The notes beneath the pieces are model-generated. The model had not been told where the DNA came from, searched no databases, and saw only the letters and a list, made by a program, of their open reading frames with translations. The position numbers and the translations under genes were made by a program. From Balanoglossus misakiensis (lineage: Eukaryota > Animalia > Hemichordata), in assembly GCA_040954595.2 (NCBI GenBank), contig CM082597.2, positions 638,859-702,858 of the forward strand: a stretch of DNA of 64,000 nt. Reading direction: 5' to 3'. Shown here one piece after another: positions 53,101 to 64,000 of this stretch. Numbering within the stretch: position 1 is the first letter of the stretch; each line of letters begins with the position of its first letter.

Positions 53101-55423
53101 GTTATACCAAGTTTGAATGTGAGCTAACGACAAGTGTTTTGTCTGTTTGGTTTCCATGACAGCATCTGTTAACTTTCTTGACTAAAAGATAATCGTGTTT
53201 AAAAGGTGATTTTTGATTTCCCAGCTCCGCCTCTCGTTCAAGTAGAAATACACGGACAATTTTGCATGATCTATACCGTTTCTTTTACTTTCCATTAACG
53301 AAGGCAATTTAACAAACCTTTCTCTTAGCTTTACAATGTCAAGATGTAGCACGGCCATCAGAAAATGTTTAAAAAATCTAACCAACCTAATCCATTGATG
53401 GCCTTGAATATGAATCTATTTATATTAACACATCGGATATCGTAAAGCTCACGTAATAATTTGTGCTTTTGTCCGCTGGATGTTAGTTGAGAAAATTGTG
53501 TCCTTTCAAATTATATTCCTGTTTAATACGATCGGTTGCCATTGAAATAGAAACCTTAGTATTTAAACTGTCTCCGCCCTTCCATCTGTTCGTTGTTAAT
53601 TACATGTCATATTCCCTTTTCCTGTCTATGTTCGAACACCTATTCTTACGGTTAAAATACTCATTTAGAAACTTTAAGATTTCTTACAGTAAAGCTTATA
53701 TATCTTTCTACTTTTGTAGCAAATTAATTTACTTTGGACGTATGTTCCTGGAAAAGATTATTTCATAACTTTTCTGTGGCTTCATCGCATATTTAGAAAC
53801 CATGTTTATCGAGTTGAATGTTTTCGAGTTCATGAGCTCAATATGGTGCCGTCTGGAGTGAAGTTTCGTGGCTGTCACCATGGCAACAATCATGATTTCA
53901 TCGTTGTACCTTGCAGTCAATTACCGGTGGCATATTAAAACATGTTTTTAATATTTTAGATGGAAATGAAAGTCTGTCGGCCGTTGTCATGGCAATTGCA
54001 AGTATCTGGCTTTGCAAACTTTCCCCCTAGGCATAGAGTTTTTAGGATGATTGTATTACAACCATTAGCACTAGCAGCTTAATGTTTCTAGCCAGCAGGT
54101 AGTGTAAGCCTTTCTGTTGAACATCTAAATTCAAATGTGGTATTGTTTCTGGTAAATTTCCAATGACGTCGTTGAAATCAAACAATCGCTATTCACATAC
54201 TAACTTTTTGCATGAGTGAAGTCCAAAATCAGCTAACGTTACTATATTCCTTGCAAGCCGCCTCGATTTCCAGAAGAAATACATTGAACAGATACAAATT
54301 TATCCTGCCTGATGTGAAATGTTAAAAATTTAACCAGTATCTGAATTTCCAATATCACAAACAAAAGCTTAGTGTTGATAACAAGCGTTGGAATCATACT
54401 TGCTGCTGTGGGCTATAGGAAATGAAAGATGTGTGCGTACATCCAGTAGAATGAGTCTCCCAGCGTGCATTGTTGAATGACAGAATCAGATCTCTTCTTA
54501 ATATCAATTACTACTCACTGTATGGTGCTCTTGTTTTAAATTAGCTGTAAGCTAATTATGGCGTGTAAACTTTGGCAATGCTATTTGGTAATGGCATTCA
54601 GAATTTGAATGACAGGAGTGTTTATAGTGTTTTTTCATCAAAATGTAAACGCGATGTCAGCAGTAACCTGGCAACTAAGGGATGAGACTAACCTACATCG
54701 TTGAGAAAATGATGTCAAAGATATACAAACAAGCAATGGGGCTCTGGACATTTTACAGTGCTTCGCTGTGTAAACTCTTTTGATGGTTGACTTGCCATAC
54801 TTTGTGTGTGTGTGGCTACATTCCAACAGAATCAAGTGATGGTAACCTATATTGTATGAAAGTGAAATGAAATAATGAACTCAGAAAATAGTTTAGCCAA
54901 ACCTACCTTGGATTCCATGCTTGTAGGTGAAAGACAGCATCACTGTAACAACACCGAGAAAATAGTTTAACCGAGTGTCAACAACTTGACGATGCAGCGA
55001 TTGATGATGGCTCAGCCCAACAGCCCAATACAACGATTAACATACGCTAAAATAAGCACAGACATCTGTGTCTGTTTCTGATGACGTAATCATTTAATAA
55101 CGTATTTCAAATGGCACGGAAAATCTCTTAAGACTGGAATTAACTAAATCATTCCTAAAGAGCCATTGGACTTAACAGTGATTTTTAATATTTTAGACCG
55201 TGCACTTGTATACAGGTTAATTTCGGATAAGGATTTTGATAGTCAGATATGCTGTTTACTCTACAGGATAAAACTCCGTAGAATTTACTCTCAGTAACGT
55301 GTCCCGCACAAATTGAATTATGAGAACATTATTTGCTTGGCCAAACTCAAATGAGGTCCATTTAATTTGAATGTCTGACCTGAATTTCAATACCTCTAGA
55401 ATGTAAGTACCTTCAGTGTATTA

Positions 55424-55515
55424 TTACCCGGTCACCCCCAGTTCCCTCTTTAGAGGTCCAAGTTTACCATAGAAAACAATGGATTTGGACTGAACCGTGT
55501 TGGTGAAAAGGTTAA
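55424..55515. mobile_element. piggyBac-like MITE copy
   Basis: CAGTTCCCTCTTTAGAGGTCCAAGTTTACCATAGAAAACAATGGATTTGGACTGAACC...GGTGAAAAGG|TTAA, near-identical to 42688-42780. Confidence 0.7.
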
Positions 55516-55857
55516 ATAAGTAACTAAAGACTTCTCAACACTGATGGCCAAAAGGTGTTAATAGTCTAAACAGCAGCAGGATATGAATGGGTTAATGAGT
55601 TTCTGATATGGATAGATCATCCATGCTTAAAGTTGATAAGTAAACAGAGTAGACACAATATACCCCAGGCAAGAATGACTTTATTTGCGCAATTGATTTT
55701 TCATAATTACTGTGACGCACAATAAAAGGGAAATTACGAATTGCATAATATTATGCAAAAATAATAATCTCAGCAGCTGATGTTGAGTCTACTTGCTATT
55801 ACATTCTATAAGAAATACATCATTCGGTAAATTGTGTGTTCGAATAAAGTGTTGTCA

Positions 55858-58004
55858 TTACAGCTTGGCTTTCTTTGTCAACATTTTATTGACAGTTTCA
55901 ATCAAAAGTTCCAGATCATTATCGGTTGACATTCGATGGCCCGCTTCCTTTCTGAGAATGACATCCACATCGTCGCTCGCAAGTCGTTTAGCGATGTCCA
56001 GAGACATCTGATAGGGGACTGTGTCATCTTGCATTCCATGCAGAAGTCTGACAGGACAAGTGATTGCAAGTGGATTGCTTTTCAAGAGATCAGCATTTGT
56101 TGTATCGATGAAATCTTCAGGTCGTACGGTCGTTGTTTCTGTTACAGTCTGGCCATCAGTGGTCTGAATCCAAAGATGACAAACGAGGATGAGGATTTCT
56201 AGAAGACACTCTGTGATGGATTTTCGACGGGATTCAACTAATCTGCATACTAAATGTCACCAACGGGAAGCTTCCTCTCAACTAACACCTTTGTACAAAA
56301 ATGCCTCTACGTACGTTCTTGCCGTTTGCTTGTTCCATGGAATAAATCGTAGGAATCTACTCCTTAGACATTCATGGTCGGTCAAGTGTACTGTAGCTGT
56401 GTATGAGACTTTACCACTCTGAACTCAAAACATGTAATGAGCCAGAAGTGTTAATCCTCCTTAAATAATCATGTTCCCTAGTTTAACTCTTTCGCTGACG
56501 TGGTTCAGTCCAAGCGCGTTGTTTTCTATGGTAATGTTGGACCTCTAAAGAGGGAGCTTGGGGGGGGGGGTGAAAGGGTTAAACTTACCTCTTTAGTGTC
56601 TACATAGGTCATGTCACCAACAAATTGTCCAGCGGTTGCCACACCAACCAAGCCTTCAACTTTATCTGATCTTTCTACTGCCACCACAAGCATGATTCCA
56701 CCACCCATGCTGGACCCTATAAGAATCTGTCAAATATATAGAGAAGATGCAATGAACTCATTTATTCTACATTGGCAGTTGATAATACATGCAGTACTGA
56801 ATGGGTTACAAGTCAAAATATAAAATACTAGTATATAGAAATTCATGTATTATGTGGTATGCCCGGCCACTCGATCAAAAAAGTCTCTCATCACACAAAT
56901 ATGTACATCTTTGATGAATGAGCATCCTCTCACCATGTATTGTATAAGAATTCAATACAACGTTGATATTAAACAGACCAGCATTGTCCAGAAATATTAA
57001 TGCCTCTCTGCATTTCCATCTTGATTTGGCACCTCTACATGTAAATAAAGATAAGCCTACCTGGGGTCCTGTTGTCAATTTGTCTAATACTTGCAATGCA
57101 TCTGACTTCCAAACACTGAATGTTCTGTCTTTGGGTGAAAGCTCACCGATGGACTCGCCACATCCCTGATAGTCAAATCTGCCGATAAAAAACAGAAAGA
57201 CTTCCTTGAATTGTTTGATTTCCAATGTATTTTTGCATTATACATAGGCTATGCAAAGTTTATAGCCAGTCAAGGATCATTGCCTAACCGGCCTTTATAG
57301 ACAGGTGGTCTTTAAAGACAGGTCAAATAATTTGACTTTCTTACCTGATAAATGCACGTCCACTGTCCTTGCAGTACTTTTCTAATGCGAGTGCCTTCCC
57401 ACCATTCATGTTTGACATGAAACCTGGAAGGAACATGATGCCAGGCTGTGATCCCTCCATGGCTCTGTATGCAAGCGAGTTGCCATTGTCAAGTTTCAGG
57501 AACTTCGGTGGTGGCTGGTCTGGTATACTGTCACTCATTCTCCTGGCTGTATTCAATATACCTGAGGACACAGACATGTCAACATAAGACCTGTGTCAAA
57601 TCATTTGGTCATCATCACGTGTAAACCATCTGAAACGCCACCATGGCAACAAGGAGAAGGACCTTCACATCCTCACAACGGGACAAGCTTTGACTGAATA
57701 AACGTCTACGAATAAGCTAAAGTAACTACTGCACTGCTGTGCAAGCCGTCAAGTCACTCATTTTAAAATCTAGGTCGAGCTAAAAGAATATTTTCCTTGG
57801 GGACCGTAAAAGATCACCCCAGCCAACGCTAAAATATGGACACGCCCCTTCCCATAGCAACGCCAGACGCGCCTGCATCGAGTATGTGCGCATTACTTCA
57901 CACGAACACTGTCTATAATTTTCCACTGCCTTCTCACCTCGAAAATTGGTTGACCTTTTAAACAGACCGTAGCTGTGTTGTAAAGTACGGCGTGCACTTG
58001 TCAT
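55858..58004 (-). CDS. ABHD10: Alpha/beta hydrolase ABHD10-like (protein depalmitoylase / acyl-glucuronide esterase family)
   Basis: Exons 58004-57938 (Arg-rich presequence, less certain), 57561-57345 (PGIMFLPGFMSNMNGGKA), 57178-57061 (FDYQGCGES), 56726-56589 (IGSSMGG nucleophile), 56163-55858 (CPVRLLHGMQDDTVP, EAGHRMS). Phases are consistent. Confidence 0.88.
56483..56582. mobile_element. piggyBac-like MITE copy (opposite orientation), TTAA on both sides
   Basis: TTAA|CTCTTTCGC...TGGTTCAGTCCAA...GGACCTCTAAAGAGGGAGC...GGTGAAAGGG|TTAA. Confidence 0.72.
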
Positions 58005-58357
58005 TACATGTACTTCGACCGCGAGGTTTCAGCATGCAGTGGGCGCGGCCATATTGGATTTCCCGAGATACATTTCGGTTGGACGAGAGCATAGAAAATT
58101 GCGAATTTTCAAACTTTTCTGTATCATACTTGACTGTTTTCAGATTTAAAACATTCTAGAGTAGTAAGCGATGCAAAATTTGAAATATTGGACAGATCTG
58201 TGAGTATTTGCCGAAGATAATAGTTCGGAAACCTTCGTCTTTTCTCGGTACTTCCGGTGAAACCATATCATTTGTACTTCCGGATTAGGTGGCGTCGCGT
58301 CGTCCGTTTCTTCCCACCCCGGATAAATCGCCCTACTTTGTTACTCTTAGTACCATT
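58005..58357. promoter_or_regulatory. Bidirectional promoter region ABHD10/KAT7
   Basis: Divergent start codons about 350 bp apart in a CpG-rich region. YY1-like GCGGCCATATTG at ~58045 and two ETS-like ACTTCCGG at ~58250 and ~58276. Confidence 0.6.
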
Positions 58358-62389
<4,032 letters not shown>

Positions 62390-64000
62390 CGTCAACTGTC
62401 GTGTCTCACGAATCATGCAGACTTGTCAGAGATTGTTGCTGCTTAGTGGAAGTTATTTCAGTCTCAAGAGGGCGCTGTATTCATTCTGAAGCACTGAGTT
62501 TCCAGGCATTATTAGTACACAGGTTTAGAAAGCGAATCCTAGAATAACCATAGCATCAATAAGAATCGGAGATAGCCACTCTGCTGTGACTTTCAGTACT
62601 GCCCAAGGGTGTGCGCCCTCTGTGTCAATACATGTCAAGAATATTTTGTACACTATCGAGGAATTGTACAAAGTTTTGAAACAAGTCTTTTGTAATTTGT
62701 GTATCATGTGTTTTGGGAAACTTATAACATTCTGTTGCCTTAAATGCTATTAAATTTGAATACCCAAAGTGCTTGAAAACATAGTAGAGCCTTTATATGT
62801 TGAACATGAATTGGGCAAGTTGGACACAGATATTTGCAAGGCACCACTGAGGGCGATTTCTTCAGTCACAAGCTTGTTTTTCAAATTTAAGTAAACAACC
62901 TTTTCTGTCTTGATATCCTTAAACTGCCATGTACTGCAAAATTTACAGTTCATTGAATAGTATTCATCTTTTCCTTCAAATTTTGTACAAAACCGTCTGC
63001 AAGTTTTTTTATTATTAAGTTTTACCATGTTGTATTTTGCCTATTTAACATGAACACATTCTCAGTAGAATAATCTTACTTTCGAGCATTTTTTCTTGTT
63101 TTGCTTTAGTATCTATGGAATGGTTAGAAAGCCTTTTACAGTTTTCTTGCAGATGACTGAATTTCATTTCATTAAAATGGTTGAAGATGATTCGCCTGGT
63201 GTTCTTTTTATCTCATTGAGTGAGTGATCAAGATGTGACAACTGTTGTCTCTGTGTGTTGCTAAATAGTCTGCCATAACTGATTTGAGGTTGAATACAGT
63301 CTGCCTGTAGCTCTGCATTTTGACGACAGGCTGTGTCGTAAATCTCAATCGTCAGGATGACACGATTTTCTTCTCTACCCTATCTGTGATGTAACTCTCC
63401 ATTGCAACTGCAGCCTACACGTATCTGTTTGAAAGACCCTTCTAGCAATTTGACACCTTATGGGAACCTGTCTTTGAACAATGACACCATTACAGCACAT
63501 TCCTGACAAGACTTGTCTCGAATCCCTCTTGCCTTGACACAGAGTTCTTTTCAAAATAATTTCAATGATGGCAACAACATGAATGGGATGAAGGTCTCTT
63601 TTTATATACTCACACCTTTTCACAGCAAGTTTTCACTAACGTTAACATATCACTCCAGTGATGTTATTGCGACACTAGTTTTGAACCAGTCTGCAGGTTA
63701 TAAGCAGTCTATTAGTCACTGGCATTTTCACAAGTCAGAACCTATGAGCTATTTTATTTAGAAGCACGTTCAACAAACTGGTGAGGCTAACATTAAGTTT
63801 AAACTCAAGTGGATCTCATTTTATAAAATCTCTGCCAATTTCAAGAATGGGAAAGCAGAAAACAGCTGAATTAAACGGTTATTATTATCTTTAAACAAAT
63901 CAGTATACATGTACATTGCTAATTAAATCCTCGAGTGTGATTAAATATGAAAAAGGGCAGGGAGGGGGGGTATAGTCTCAAAGATAGAAATATACCTAGG

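Noticed and set aside
50300-55400. Short ORFs upstream of the GPCR
   Set aside because: No recognisable domains or consistent exon chain. Probably 5' UTR introns, regulatory DNA and decayed repeats.
56290-56418. Possible extra ABHD10 exon (SGKVSYTATVHLTDHE...)
   Set aside because: It has an acceptor but no convincing phase-0 donor, and the flanking exons already join in frame. Unresolved without RNA data.

Overview
Animal (invertebrate) genomic DNA with GT-AG introns, so most entries in the ORF track are artefacts or exon fragments. Bases 1 to ~27,000 are a tandem array of 88-bp monomers in two blocks. Type A (1-~11,820) switches in register to type B (~11,820-26,740), which fades into degenerate monomers resembling the reverse complement of A. 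The remaining 37 kb is gene-dense. It contains (1) a secreted signal peptide/acidic pro-segment/CTLD-EGF-CTLD-EGF/GH9 glycosidase gene whose catalytic residues are kept but whose cellulose-binding motifs carry basic residues; (2) and (3) two tandem orphan secreted acidic proteins, one about 18% Met; (4) a GABA-B-like class C GPCR with an altered ligand pocket; (5) ABHD10 ending in a PTS1-like -AKL, head-to-head with (6) KAT7/HBO1. Several MITE-like elements and microsatellites are also present. All exon models and alignments were made by hand from splice signals and reading-frame continuity; no database search was run.
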